A stretch of DNA of 64,000 nucleotides. Source: an uncultured bacterium (lineage in GTDB: Bacteria > Krumholzibacteriota > Krumholzibacteriia > Krumholzibacteriales > Krumholzibacteriaceae). The stretch covers positions 192,001-256,000 of the forward strand of contig CAWBAN010000004.1 in assembly GCA_963786935.1 (NCBI GenBank). Direction: 5' to 3'. A program made the translations under genes and the position numbers. The notes beneath the pieces are model-generated. The model saw only the letters and a list, made by a program, of their open reading frames with translations, was not told the origin of the DNA and made no database searches. Below are positions 37,305-46,794 of the stretch, piece by piece. The stretch's first letter is position 1. The number at the start of each line of letters is the position of its first letter.

Positions 37305-38890
37305 CCGCCCGCCCGGCGATCCTCCCGCTCGTGCTGCTCGCCGTGTTCGCGGCGTCGGTCTGCGCGCCGCGGGGCGCCGGGGCCGCGAAAAGCCTCGGTG
37401 TCGTCTACGCCGACGGACGCCAGCCCGAGGACGTCGCGCTCGAGAGCCTCGAGAAAGGCTCGGACGAGCTCTTCGTCTCCGCGTACGACCTCGCCCGCGT
37501 CTTCAAGGCGACCAAGTTCTGGAACGCGAGCACCCGCAAGCTCGTGATGCGCATCGGCAATTACCGCTACCAGTTCACCGTGGACACCCGGGTGGTCGTC
37601 GTGGACGAGACGCCCCACCTCCTCAGGCTGAACGTCAAATACGACCGGGGCGCGATCATGATTCCGCTCGAGTTCATCACCGGCGTCCTCGCCGCGCGCG
37701 TGGCGGAGAAGGTCACGCTCGATCCGGGAAGGCTCCTGCTCACGATCGGATCGCCGGAGTATAACGTGACCGCGATCGAAATCATCGACGACAAGGACGG
37801 GACGCGCGCCGTTCTCCGGCTCACCGAGGAGCTCCTCTATCACATCGACAGCGAGACCGCGGGGATCCTCCGGCTCAAGATCTACGGCGGGAGGCTCGAT
37901 CCCCTCGGCTTCACCGTAAGCGAGGGAAAGGGGCTCCTCAACCGCGTGCGGGCCGAGCAGATGGAGCATGACGCGTATCTCTTCTTCGACGTGAAGAAGA
38001 ACGTCCGGCGCTACCGCGTGGAGTTCGAGACGGCGGCCGCCGGGGAAGGGGCCGCGGGGGGCGAGCGGAAGCTCGTCCTCTTCCTCGAACGTGGCAAGAC
38101 GCCCGAGATCCCCGACGTCGATTTCGCGGGCAAGAAGATGGTCGAGATGCTCGACGAGGGCGCGAAGCGGAAGATCATCGAGCCCGTGCGCACGGTCGCG
38201 ATCGATCCGGGGCACGGGGGCCCCGATATCGGGAAGATCGGCCCCTCGGGGGCGCGGGAGAAGGATCTGAATCTCCAGATCGCGCTCATGCTCAGGGACC
38301 GCCTCGCCGAGGAGCTCGGGCTCGCCGTCGTGATGACGAGGACGGAGGACGCGCTCGTGTCGTTCGACCAGCGCGTCGAGACGGCGAACGCCGCCGGCGC
38401 CCAGCTCTTCATCAGCGTTCACTGCAACGGATGGTTCACGAGCGACGCGCAGGGATTCGAGGTCTATTTTCTCGCGCCGGCCCGGACGGACGACGAGGAG
38501 CGGCTCGCCCGCGCCGAGAACGCGTCCGCCGCGTACGAAAGCCCCGCCGCGGAAGCGAGCGACGGCGACGACATCGATTTCATTCTCTGGGACGTCGTCC
38601 AGAACGAATACCTGAACGAGAGCAGCGATCTCGCCGAGATGCTGCAGCGCGAGATGAGCAAGACGCTCGGCATCCGGAACCGCGGCGTCAAGCAGACGGG
38701 GCTCCGCGTGCTCAAGGGGCTCGCGATGCCGGGCGTGCTCGTCGAGACGGCGTTTCTGTCGAATCCGAAAGAGGAGAAGCTCCTGCTCGGCGCCGAGTTC
38801 CGGGAACGGATCGTCGAGGCGACGGTCGAGGCGGTGCGGAAGTTCCAGAGCCGCTACGGCGAAACGCGGGTGAAGCAGACCATCGAATGA
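37301..38890 (+). CDS. N-acetylmuramoyl-L-alanine amidase (Amidase_3) with N-terminal accessory domains
   Basis: IDPGHGG, EKDLNL, FISVHCN and VLVETAFLSN. Signal peptide present. Confidence 0.92.
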   Translation: MTARPAILPLVLLAVFAASVCAPRGAGAAKSLGVVYADGRQPEDVALESLEKGSDELFVSAYDLARVFKATKFWNASTRKLVMRIGNYRYQFTVDTRVVVVDETPHLLRLNVKYDRGAIMIPLEFITGVLAARVAEKVTLDPGRLLLTIGSPEYNVTAIEIIDDKDGTRAVLRLTEELLYHIDSETAGILRLKIYGGRLDPLGFTVSEGKGLLNRVRAEQMEHDAYLFFDVKKNVRRYRVEFETAAAGEGAAGGERKLVLFLERGKTPEIPDVDFAGKKMVEMLDEGAKRKIIEPVRTVAIDPGHGGPDIGKIGPSGAREKDLNLQIALMLRDRLAEELGLAVVMTRTEDALVSFDQRVETANAAGAQLFISVHCNGWFTSDAQGFEVYFLAPARTDDEERLARAENASAAYESPAAEASDGDDIDFILWDVVQNEYLNESSDLAEMLQREMSKTLGIRNRGVKQTGLRVLKGLAMPGVLVETAFLSNPKEEKLLLGAEFRERIVEATVEAVRKFQSRYGETRVKQTIE

Positions 38891-38936
38891 GCGGAGCGGC
38901 CGCCGGGAACCGGCGCCCCGGAAAGGGGGAATCGCC

Positions 38937-39479
38937 ACGAATATCGGGAAAAAGATAGCGATCGCGCTCGCGATACTCGCCGTGATCGTCGCCGCGATAT
39001 ACCTCGTTCCTCGCCTGAGGACGAAGGGTCCGGCCGAGGTCGAGCAGGTGAGCGAGGAGATGCGCGCCGTGACGATCTTCTTCGGCGACGAGAACGCGGA
39101 AGCGTTCGTGTCGGAGACGCGCGAGGTGCCGGCGGTCGAGAGCTTCGAGGAGCAGGTCAAGCTCGTCATCGGGGAGCTCATCAAGGGGCCGCGCGATTCG
39201 AAGAAGATCAGCGCGATGCCGCCGGGCACCGAGCTGCTCCAGGTCTTCTGGGTCGAGGACACGCAGACGCTGCTGCTCGATTTCAACGCGTCCCTCTCGG
39301 TCAACCACCCCGGCGGCAGCACGGGGGAGTACTACACGATCACGAACATCGTCAAGACGGTGTCGGCCAACTTCCCGCACGTCGCCCGTCTTCAGTTCCT
39401 GATCGACGGGAACACGGCGGAGACCATCGCGGGGCATTACGCGGTCGACAAGCCGATCGACGTGAAAAAATGGCGGTGA
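38937..39479 (+). CDS. GerMN domain-containing protein
   Basis: TM anchor, ELIKGP, MPPGTELL, HPGGSTGE and VARLQFLIDG..ETIAGH. The start is uncertain: ACG 38937 after AAGGGGG, or GTG 38982. Confidence 0.85.
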   Translation, partial: TNIGKKIAIALAILAVIVAAIYLVPRLRTKGPAEVEQVSEEMRAVTIFFGDENAEAFVSETREVPAVESFEEQVKLVIGELIKGPRDSKKISAMPPGTELLQVFWVEDTQTLLLDFNASLSVNHPGGSTGEYYTITNIVKTVSANFPHVARLQFLIDGNTAETIAGHYAVDKPIDVKKWR

Positions 39480-40321
39480 GCGGTATGTACGGCGACGAAC
39501 GCAAGGCGATCGGTGTTTTCGATTCCGGTATCGGGGGGCTCACGGTCGTGCACGAGATCACGATGCGTCTCCCGAACGAGGAGATCGTGTATCTCGGGGA
39601 CACGGCGCGTCTCCCCTACGGGACGAAGAGCCCCGAGACGGTGCTCCGCTTCCTCCGGGAGAACCTCGACTTCCTCAAGCGCAAGAACGTCAAGATGATC
39701 GTCGTCGCGTGCAACACCGCCTCCTCCGTCGCGCTCCCGAAGCTCCTCGAAGAGGAACGAACGCCGCTCGTCGGCGTGCTGCTTCCCGGCGCGCGGGCAG
39801 CGGCGCGGGCGACGCGGACGAAGCGCGTCGGCATCATCGGCACGACGGCGACGATCCGCTCGGGCGGCTACGAGGACGCGCTCTACGCGCTCGATCCGGC
39901 GATCAAGACCTGGTCGCGCGCCTGTCCGCTCTTCGTCCCCCTCGTCGAGGAGGGGTGGCACGAGGACGAGATCACCCGCCTCACCGCCGAGCGGTACCTC
40001 GAATCGTTCGCCGGATTCGACGCCGATGCGCTCGTGCTCGGCTGCACGCACTATCCGCTCATCAAGGGCGTCATATCGCGGGTCGTCGGGGATAAGGTGA
40101 CGCTCGTCGACTCGGCGCACGAGACCGCGGCCGAGGTCGAGCGCGTTCTCGACAAGCATAATCTCCGGAGCGATCTCGATCGCCCCGGCGGCATCACCGT
40201 GTACGTCACCGACATTCCGTACCTCTTCAAGGAGGTCGGCGAGCGGTTCCTCAGGCGGGAGATGGAGCACGTCGAGCGCATCGATCTCGAAACGGTGCTC
40301 GTGAACGGGAGCGGGAAATGA
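39470..40321 (+). CDS. murI: Glutamate racemase
   Basis: IGVFDSGIGGLTV, PYGTKS, VACNTAS and LGCTHYP. The start may be ATG 39485. Confidence 0.96.
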   Translation: MAVSGMYGDERKAIGVFDSGIGGLTVVHEITMRLPNEEIVYLGDTARLPYGTKSPETVLRFLRENLDFLKRKNVKMIVVACNTASSVALPKLLEEERTPLVGVLLPGARAAARATRTKRVGIIGTTATIRSGGYEDALYALDPAIKTWSRACPLFVPLVEEGWHEDEITRLTAERYLESFAGFDADALVLGCTHYPLIKGVISRVVGDKVTLVDSAHETAAEVERVLDKHNLRSDLDRPGGITVYVTDIPYLFKEVGERFLRREMEHVERIDLETVLVNGSGK

Positions 40322-40941
40322 GGCTGCGGATCGTGCTCGCGACGCGGAATCCCGGCAAGATCCGCGAGATCAGGGATATCCTCGACGGGCTCGACGTCGA
40401 GCTCCTCGATTCGTCCGGCTTTCCCCCCTTCGCCGAGCCGGCGGAGGACGGGGATACCTTCCTCGACAACGCGCTCGCCAAGGCGAAGGCGGTGCACCGG
40501 GCCACGGGGCTCCCCGCCCTCGCGGACGATTCGGGGCTCGAGGTCGACGCGCTCGGCGGCGCGCCCGGCGTGCGCTCGGCGCGCTACGGCGGACCGGGGC
40601 TCACGGACGAGGACCGGTACACGAAGCTGCTCGGCGAGCTCGCCGGCGTGCGCGACGAGGACCGGGGCGCGCGGTTCCATTGCGCCGCCGTTCTCTATCC
40701 GGCGCCGGGCGCCGCGCGGAACGGGCTCGCCGCCGAGGGATTCCTGTACGGCCGCATCGCGCAACGCCCGCGCGGCGGCAACGGATTCGGGTACGATCCC
40801 GTGTTCCTCGTGCCCGAACGGGGGATGACGCTCGCCGAGATGGATCCCGGCGAGAAGAACGCGACGAGTCACCGCTACCGCGCGCTCGTCGAGCTGAAGC
40901 ATATGCTCGTGCGCGACTGCGGCGTGGCCGCGAAGGCCTGA
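40318..40941 (+). CDS. rdgB: Non-canonical purine NTP pyrophosphatase
   Basis: LATRNPGKIRE, ADDSGLEVDALGGAPGVRSARY, GFGYDPVF and SHR. Confidence 0.95.
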   Translation: MRLRIVLATRNPGKIREIRDILDGLDVELLDSSGFPPFAEPAEDGDTFLDNALAKAKAVHRATGLPALADDSGLEVDALGGAPGVRSARYGGPGLTDEDRYTKLLGELAGVRDEDRGARFHCAAVLYPAPGAARNGLAAEGFLYGRIAQRPRGGNGFGYDPVFLVPERGMTLAEMDPGEKNATSHRYRALVELKHMLVRDCGVAAKA

Positions 40942-40989
40942 ATCCGGCGCGGCATCGCCGCGAACCATAGAATCCGAGGAGGAATCGCA

Positions 40990-41916
40990 TTGCTTGAGCT
41001 TTTCAACGTCACGAAACGGTACGACGGGCTGACGGCCGTCGACGCCCTCTCGCTGCGCATCGAGCCGGGGGGCATCTTCGGGCTGCTCGGCCCGAACGGC
41101 GCGGGAAAAACGACGACGATCCGCATGATCATGGGGGTGATCGAGCCCGACGAGGGAGAGGTGCGCATCTTCGGGGAGCCGTTCAGCGAGCGGGTCAAGG
41201 ACTCGATCGGCTACCTGCCCGAGGAGCGCGGGCTCTACCGGAAGATGAAGATCCTCGACCATCTCGTGTTTCTCGGCGAGATCAAGGGCGTGCCGGCGAG
41301 AACCGCGCGCTCGCGCGGGAAGAAGTGGCTCGAGCGGCTCGATCTCGGCGGTTGGGCCGACAAGACGGTCGAATCGCTCTCGAAAGGCATGCAGCAGAAG
41401 GTCCAGTTCATCTCGACCGTGCTCCACGAGCCGAAGCTCGTCCTCCTCGACGAGCCCTTCACGGGGCTCGATCCGATCAACACGCAGACCTTCAAGGACA
41501 TCATCGAGGAGCTGCGGCATGACGGCCGCGCCGTCGTGCTCTCGACGCACGTCATGGAGCAGGTGGAGAAGCTTTGCGAGCGGATCTGCCTCATCCACAA
41601 GGGGAAGAAGATACTCGAGGGGGCGCTGGCCGACGTCAAGATGCAGTTCGGCCGAAACGTCGTCACGCTCCGCTACTCGGGTGACCCGGCCCGCCTCGAG
41701 CGGATCCCCGGCGTCGAGCGCGTCAGCACGTTCGGGCAGGAGCTCACCGTGGCCCTCACGGCGGGCACCGACACGAACCGGTTCCTCCGCGAGGCCCTCG
41801 AGGGGGGCACGGTCGAGAAATTCGAAATCGGGGAGATGTCGCTCCACGACATCTTCATCGCGAAGGTGAAGGCGGAAGGGGGTGAGGTGACCGATGAAGC
41901 TTCTCAAGGTCGCTAA
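40990..41916 (+). CDS. ABC-2 type transporter ATP-binding protein
   Basis: GPNGAGKTT, LSKGMQQK and LLDEPFTGLDP. TTG start after GAGGAGG. Confidence 0.93.
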   Translation: MLELFNVTKRYDGLTAVDALSLRIEPGGIFGLLGPNGAGKTTTIRMIMGVIEPDEGEVRIFGEPFSERVKDSIGYLPEERGLYRKMKILDHLVFLGEIKGVPARTARSRGKKWLERLDLGGWADKTVESLSKGMQQKVQFISTVLHEPKLVLLDEPFTGLDPINTQTFKDIIEELRHDGRAVVLSTHVMEQVEKLCERICLIHKGKKILEGALADVKMQFGRNVVTLRYSGDPARLERIPGVERVSTFGQELTVALTAGTDTNRFLREALEGGTVEKFEIGEMSLHDIFIAKVKAEGGEVTDEASQGR

Positions 41917-43153
41917 GCGGGAATACCTCGACCGTGTCCGGAAGAAGAGCTTCCTCATCGGAACAATCCTCGGCCCGCTCCTCATGGGAGGATGGATCCT
42001 CGTCCCCGGGCTCCTCATGGAGCATGCGCCCGAGGGGCGCACGGTTATCGCGGTCGTCGATCTCACCCGGTCTCTCTACGACGGGTTCGAGACGGCGCTC
42101 GACGACACCCTCGCCGACGGCTCGAAGATGTTCGTGCTGCGGGAGGTCGTCGCGACGCAGGACGGGCTCGACGCCGTGAAGAAGGACCTGAGCGCCGAGG
42201 TCGCCGCGGGCGTCATCGAGGGATACATCGTCCTTCCGCCGGATATGGTCGAGAAGGGCTCGGCGACCTATTTCGGCAAGAAGGTCAGCAACATCAGGAC
42301 TCTCGAACGGATCGAGAGCGGGCTCAACGAAACGGTCGTCGCCAAGCGCCTCGCCGCGCAGGGTCTCGAATACGGCAAGGTCAGCGAGATGCTCAGGCGC
42401 GTGAAGATCGAGACGGTGCAGGTGCTCAAGGAGGGAGGGGAGAAGGCGAGCGGCTTCGAGCAGGCGTACCTGACGAGCTTCGTCTTCATCATGATCCTTT
42501 ACATGACGATCCTGCTCTGGGGGATCGCGGTGCAGCGGAGCATCATCGAGGAGAAGAACAACCGGGTCGTCGAGGTGCTCCTCTCGTCGCTCAAGCCGTT
42601 CGACCTCATGGCGGGGAAGATCATCGGCGTCGGGGCGGTCGGCCTCACCCAGTACGCGCTCTGGGGGGTCTTCGCCCTCGGGATATCCTCCTACGCGCTC
42701 AGCTCGGGGCAGTTCGCCCAGTACCTGACCTTCGATCCGGCCACGCTCGCGTTCTTCATCCTGTTCTTCGTGCTCGGATTTCTCTTCTACTCGACGCTGT
42801 TCGCCGGCATCGGCGCCATCTGCAACACGGACCAGGAGGCGCAGCAGCTCCAGACGCCGATCGTCATGTGCCTCGCGTTCACGTTCATCATCCCGCTCGC
42901 CATCATGCAGAATCCCGACGGCACGTTCGCGACGGTGTGCTCGATGATACCGTTCTTCGCGCCGATTCTCATGTTCATGAGGATCAACATCCTCATGCCG
43001 CCCGCGTGGCAGATCGCCCTCAGCGTGGCGATCCTGCTCGGGAGCATCTATATCGCCGGCGTTCTCTCCGCGAAGATCTTCCGCGTCGGGATCCTGATGT
43101 ACGGGAAGCGCCCCGACCTGCGCGAGGTCTTCAAGTGGCTGCGGCGGGCGTGA
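41894..43153 (+). CDS. ABC-2 type transporter permease (NatB/YhaP-like)
   Basis: REYLDRVRKKSF, IIEEKNNRVVEVLLSS, LMAGKI and IFRVGILMYGK. Confidence 0.92.
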   Translation: MKLLKVAKREYLDRVRKKSFLIGTILGPLLMGGWILVPGLLMEHAPEGRTVIAVVDLTRSLYDGFETALDDTLADGSKMFVLREVVATQDGLDAVKKDLSAEVAAGVIEGYIVLPPDMVEKGSATYFGKKVSNIRTLERIESGLNETVVAKRLAAQGLEYGKVSEMLRRVKIETVQVLKEGGEKASGFEQAYLTSFVFIMILYMTILLWGIAVQRSIIEEKNNRVVEVLLSSLKPFDLMAGKIIGVGAVGLTQYALWGVFALGISSYALSSGQFAQYLTFDPATLAFFILFFVLGFLFYSTLFAGIGAICNTDQEAQQLQTPIVMCLAFTFIIPLAIMQNPDGTFATVCSMIPFFAPILMFMRINILMPPAWQIALSVAILLGSIYIAGVLSAKIFRVGILMYGKRPDLREVFKWLRRA

Positions 43154-43180
43154 GCGCGCGCGCCGCCACGCACGGGCAAG

Positions 43181-43222
43181 AAAAATCCCCGCTCCCATTC
43201 GGGGGGCGGGGATTTTCGTTTT
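43181..43222. terminator. Bidirectional intrinsic terminator
   Basis: AAAAATCCCCGCTCCC-ATTC-GGGGGGCGGGGATTTTCGTTTT between convergent genes. Confidence 0.8.
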
Positions 43223-43239
43223 CGCGAGCGATCGCGACG

Positions 43240-43821
43240 CTACGTCCTGAGAACGATGAAGTTCAGGCGGAACGCGAAATACGAGAAGAGATCCTCGGCG
43301 CCCGTATCGAAGAAATTGTACTCGAACTCGGCTCCGAGGCCCATCGTGCCGAACGCCCAGTAATCGAACCCGATGCCGGCGTTGCCGCCGAAGTTCAGTT
43401 TCGACTCGGTTACTCCGCCGACCGGGTCGGTGCCGAGGTGCGGGAGCGTCTGGTACCCGCCGGCGGCGAGCGCCGCGTGCAGCTGCATTGACGGCGCGAT
43501 CGTGAAGTAGTATTTCGCCTTGGCGAGAATGGGGATGACGGCGAGCCGCTCGTAGATATCGTCGTTCTGGCGGTAGGAGACGATATCGTAGCCGACCGCG
43601 AGCCCCGCGGACAGGTTGTTCGTGAACATCCGGGCGATCGAGATGTCGATCCCGAGCATGCCCCCTTGCGCCTTGGTCACCGTCGCCTGCGTGTAGGCGG
43701 CTCCGAAATCGGCGACGAACTGCTTCTGCACCGCCTGCGCCGAAACCGTGCCGGAATAGACGGCGCAGCACAGAAGGAGCGCGCCCGCGATCGAGAGGGT
43801 CCGTAACGTTTTCAAATCCAT
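43240..43821 (-). CDS. Small outer-membrane beta-barrel protein
   Basis: Signal peptide, alternating amphipathic strands (GIGFDY, LGAEFEYNFF) and a terminal FRLNF strand. Confidence 0.7.
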   Translation of the reverse strand: MDLKTLRTLSIAGALLLCCAVYSGTVSAQAVQKQFVADFGAAYTQATVTKAQGGMLGIDISIARMFTNNLSAGLAVGYDIVSYRQNDDIYERLAVIPILAKAKYYFTIAPSMQLHAALAAGGYQTLPHLGTDPVGGVTESKLNFGGNAGIGFDYWAFGTMGLGAEFEYNFFDTGAEDLFSYFAFRLNFIVLRT

Positions 43822-43905
43822 CCTCCGCCGAAATTGCCTCAAGGGTCTTCCGCGATAAACACTCGTTCTATGGTCGACGGGGCGAGCCCCGCTCTCCGCG
43901 ATGCC

Positions 43906-44514
43906 TCAGCGCGCCGGGGGGGGCGGCGGGTACACGTACCCGGGCTCCCATTCCATCTCGATGATCTCGCCGATGGTGAATTCGACCCCGGACACGACTT
44001 CGATGAGCCCCTCGCGGTCGTAATTGATCTGGATGTCCCAGCAGCCTCCCTCGATCTGAAGCGTTACCGTGGCGCCCGGCGGAACCGTCTGCTTCGGTGC
44101 GAGGAGATTCGGACCCCACTTGAGGCTGTCGCATTCGCTGATCTTGATTTCGTTCACGGCCTTGATATGCAGGTTCGTGAAGAGGATGGCGCCCACGTCG
44201 TTCTGCACCGTGTACGTCGTCGTTTCGTCGGCCGTGATCCCGATCTCGTCGGTGAAGGCCCGTTTGGTCGTCGCGGATCCCGAGACGATGACGTTGATCT
44301 TGTCCGGGCCGACGATGGCGAGGCTCTTGCCGATATAGACTGATGTCGCGTACTGGTCCCCCGGATCGATCGTCACCTGCGTGCCGTCCACCGTGCCCGT
44401 GAAATCCGTCGCCGCCTTATTCTCGATGACCAAAGTGCCTTCCTGCGAGCACCCCGAAAGGGCCGCGACGAGCAGGGCCAATGCGATCGAAACGCAGACA
44501 CTGAACCTGGGCAT
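43906..44514 (-). CDS. Hypothetical lipoprotein
   Basis: Lipobox LSGC, beta-rich body, Pro-rich C-terminus, RBS AAAGGAGG. Confidence 0.7.
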   Translation of the reverse strand: MPRFSVCVSIALALLVAALSGCSQEGTLVIENKAATDFTGTVDGTQVTIDPGDQYATSVYIGKSLAIVGPDKINVIVSGSATTKRAFTDEIGITADETTTYTVQNDVGAILFTNLHIKAVNEIKISECDSLKWGPNLLAPKQTVPPGATVTLQIEGGCWDIQINYDREGLIEVVSGVEFTIGEIIEMEWEPGYVYPPPPPAR

Positions 44515-44553
44515 GATTCCTCCTTTGGGCCACGTAGGACGATAATATGAAGA

Positions 44554-44582
44554 AAGATAGCACCGCGGAAGGCCGATGTCAA
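44554..44582 (-). promoter_or_regulatory. sigma70-type promoter
   Basis: TTGACA-N17-TATCTT upstream of 44514. Confidence 0.6.
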
Positions 44583-44678
44583 TTTCGCATTTTCTTGTGT
44601 TTAAGTCCCTGTTTCGGCTACAGTAAGACCTTCCGGGGCGCGGGTCCCCGGACGGACCCGATCGGAGGCGGTCAAGCG

Positions 44679-45923
44679 GTGCGCATCCTCATGGTTCAGA
44701 CATACTACTACCCCCGCGGGGGGGATTCGACCTATATGCTCTCGCTCTCGAAGCTGCTCGAGGAGAAGGGGCACGAGGTGGTTCCCTTCGGGATGGAGAG
44801 CCCCCATAACCTGCCGACTCCGTACGCGCGGTTCTTCGTGAGCGAGATCGATTTCCCCGAGCTCCTGAAACGGTCCTCGCCTGCCGCGGCGTGGAAGGTC
44901 GCCTCGCGGAGCATTTTCAACGGCGAGGCCCGCCGGAAGATCGCCGCGCTCGCCGACGAGGTGAAGCCCGATATCGCGCATTTCCACAACATTCACGCGC
45001 ATCTCACGGCGTCGATCGTCGCGCCGCTCCGCGCGCGGAGGATTCCGGTCGTCTGGACGCTGCACGACTACCGGCTCATTTGCCCCAACACGTCGCTTCT
45101 GAGCGGCGGGGAGATCTGCGAGCGCTGCATCCCGAACCGTTTCCATCAGGCCGTGCTCCAGCGGTGCAAGAAAGGGAGCCTCCCGGCGAGCTGCGTGGCG
45201 ATGCTGACGACGCTCTACGACCGGATCGAGCGCCTGCCCTCGCGGATCGACCGCTTCATCACCCCGAGCGATTTCCTGCGGTCGAAGCTCCTCGCCGGCG
45301 GATTCGATCCGGCGCGGATCTCGTGCGTCCCGAATTTCGCGCATCTCGAGGGCTTCGCGGGGCTTCCCGAGAAGGATTACTTCTGCTACGTCGGCCGGCT
45401 CTCGCACGAGAAGGGGCTCGACGTCCTCATCCGGGCGGCCGCCTCGCTGGAGACGGGGCGTCTGCTCATCGTCGGGGACGGGCCCGAGAAGGCTGCGCTC
45501 AAGGCGCTCGCGCGCGGGCTCGGCGCGGATCGCGTGGAGTTCGCGGGATTCAGGGGCGGCGCGGAGCTGCGGAAGATCCTCGCCGAGTCTCAGTTCGTCG
45601 TGCTCCCCTCCCGCTGGTACGAAAACCTGCCCTATACGGTGATGGAGGCCTTCGCCTCGTCGAAAGCGGTCGTCGCCTCGCGGATCGGCGGCATCCCCGA
45701 GATGGTGGAGGACGGGGTGAACGGGCTCCTGTCTCCCGCGGGGGACGCCGAAGCCCTCGCCGTCCGCCTGCGGCGGATGCTCGGCGACCATCGCCTGCGC
45801 GCGGAGATGGGGCGGCGCGGGCGCGAGAAGGCCGAGCGGGAGTACGGCCGGGAGCTTCATTACGAGCGGATCGAAGGAATCTACGGGGACGTCGTCACAC
45901 GGCACGAACGGGTCGGGGCGTAG
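44679..45923 (+). CDS. Glycosyltransferase family 4
   Basis: PDIAHFHN, TLHDYRLICP, YVGRLSHEKG, ENLPYTVMEAF and GGIPEMV. GTG start at 44679. Confidence 0.92.
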   Translation: MRILMVQTYYYPRGGDSTYMLSLSKLLEEKGHEVVPFGMESPHNLPTPYARFFVSEIDFPELLKRSSPAAAWKVASRSIFNGEARRKIAALADEVKPDIAHFHNIHAHLTASIVAPLRARRIPVVWTLHDYRLICPNTSLLSGGEICERCIPNRFHQAVLQRCKKGSLPASCVAMLTTLYDRIERLPSRIDRFITPSDFLRSKLLAGGFDPARISCVPNFAHLEGFAGLPEKDYFCYVGRLSHEKGLDVLIRAAASLETGRLLIVGDGPEKAALKALARGLGADRVEFAGFRGGAELRKILAESQFVVLPSRWYENLPYTVMEAFASSKAVVASRIGGIPEMVEDGVNGLLSPAGDAEALAVRLRRMLGDHRLRAEMGRRGREKAEREYGRELHYERIEGIYGDVVTRHERVGA

Positions 45924-45991
45924 CGCAGCCCGGTTAGCGCGCCTGCCTTGGGCGCAGGAGGTCGGTGGTTCGAATCCACTCGCCCCGACCA
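45914..45991 (+). tRNA. tRNA-Pro (anticodon TGG)
   Basis: CGGGGCGTAGCGCAGCCCGGTTAGCGCGCCTGCCTTGGGCGCAGGAGGTCGGTGGTTCGAATCCACTCGCCCCGACCA forms a full cloverleaf with CCA encoded. Confidence 0.95.
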
Positions 45992-46017
45992 TTCTCTTGG
46001 AACGGGAGGTCACGCGA

Positions 46018-46461
46018 ATGAACAAGTCCGATCAGGCGGCGTCGGTTTTCTCGCAGGGCTACAACTGCGCGCAGGCGGTGTTCTCCACCATGGCGCCCGG
46101 ATTCGGGCTGGACGCGGAGACCGCCGCGCGGACGGCGACCGCGTTCGGCGGCGGGATGGCGCGCATGGGGGGGACGTGCGGCGTCGTGACGGGAGCGCTC
46201 ATGACGATCGGGCTCGCGCGCGGCAACAGGCTCCCGTCGGACAAGGAGACGAAGGAGCTGACGTACCTCGTCGCCCTCGACTTCGTGAAGCGGTTCATGG
46301 AGCGCAACGGCTCGATCACGTGCCGCGATCTCCTCGGCTGCGACATCGGCACGCACGAAGGCCACGAAGCGGCGAAGGCGAAGGGGCTGTTCGACACCGT
46401 GTGCGCGAAGCTCGTGCGGGACGCGGTGACGATCCTGGAAGACATGCTCTCGAAGAAATAG
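46018..46461 (+). CDS. C_GCAxxG_C_C family putative redox protein
   Basis: GYNCAQAV, FGGGM..TCGVVTG, GSITCRDLLG and a C-terminal C. Confidence 0.9.
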   Translation: MNKSDQAASVFSQGYNCAQAVFSTMAPGFGLDAETAARTATAFGGGMARMGGTCGVVTGALMTIGLARGNRLPSDKETKELTYLVALDFVKRFMERNGSITCRDLLGCDIGTHEGHEAAKAKGLFDTVCAKLVRDAVTILEDMLSKK

Positions 46462-46471
46462 GAGGAGGCTC

Positions 46472-46771
46472 GTGGATATGCTTTCGTGCTTCGCGCCGGG
46501 CTCGCTCGCGACGATGGTTCTCGCGGGAGCCGCCGGCGGCGCCGTGCGCTCGCTCGTCGGGATCCTCAAGTACATGGAGCGGAACAAGCGCCGCGATAAG
46601 CTCCGCGTCGGCTATTTGCTCTTTTCGGTGTTCGTCTCGGCCGCGATCGGCGGCTTCGCGGGCGCGCTCTGCGGCGGGAACGGCAAGGTCGCCGCGCTCG
46701 CCGGGTACGCGGGCACGGATTTCATCGAGGGCCTGTACAAGATCAAGATGAGCCAGGGGCTCGAGACGTGA
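46472..46771 (+). CDS. Small membrane protein (2-3 TM), weakly holin-like
   Basis: RBS AGGAGGAGG, Gly/Ala-rich TM helices and an AGYAGTDFIEGLYK motif. Confidence 0.55.
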   Translation: MDMLSCFAPGSLATMVLAGAAGGAVRSLVGILKYMERNKRRDKLRVGYLLFSVFVSAAIGGFAGALCGGNGKVAALAGYAGTDFIEGLYKIKMSQGLET

Positions 46772-46794
46772 GCGAGAGCGAGGAGGTCCTGTCC

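Noticed and set aside
33898..45991. Integrative element or prophage at tRNA-Leu or tRNA-Pro
   Set aside because: No integrase, no duplicated tRNA 3' end seen, and the flanking genes are housekeeping.
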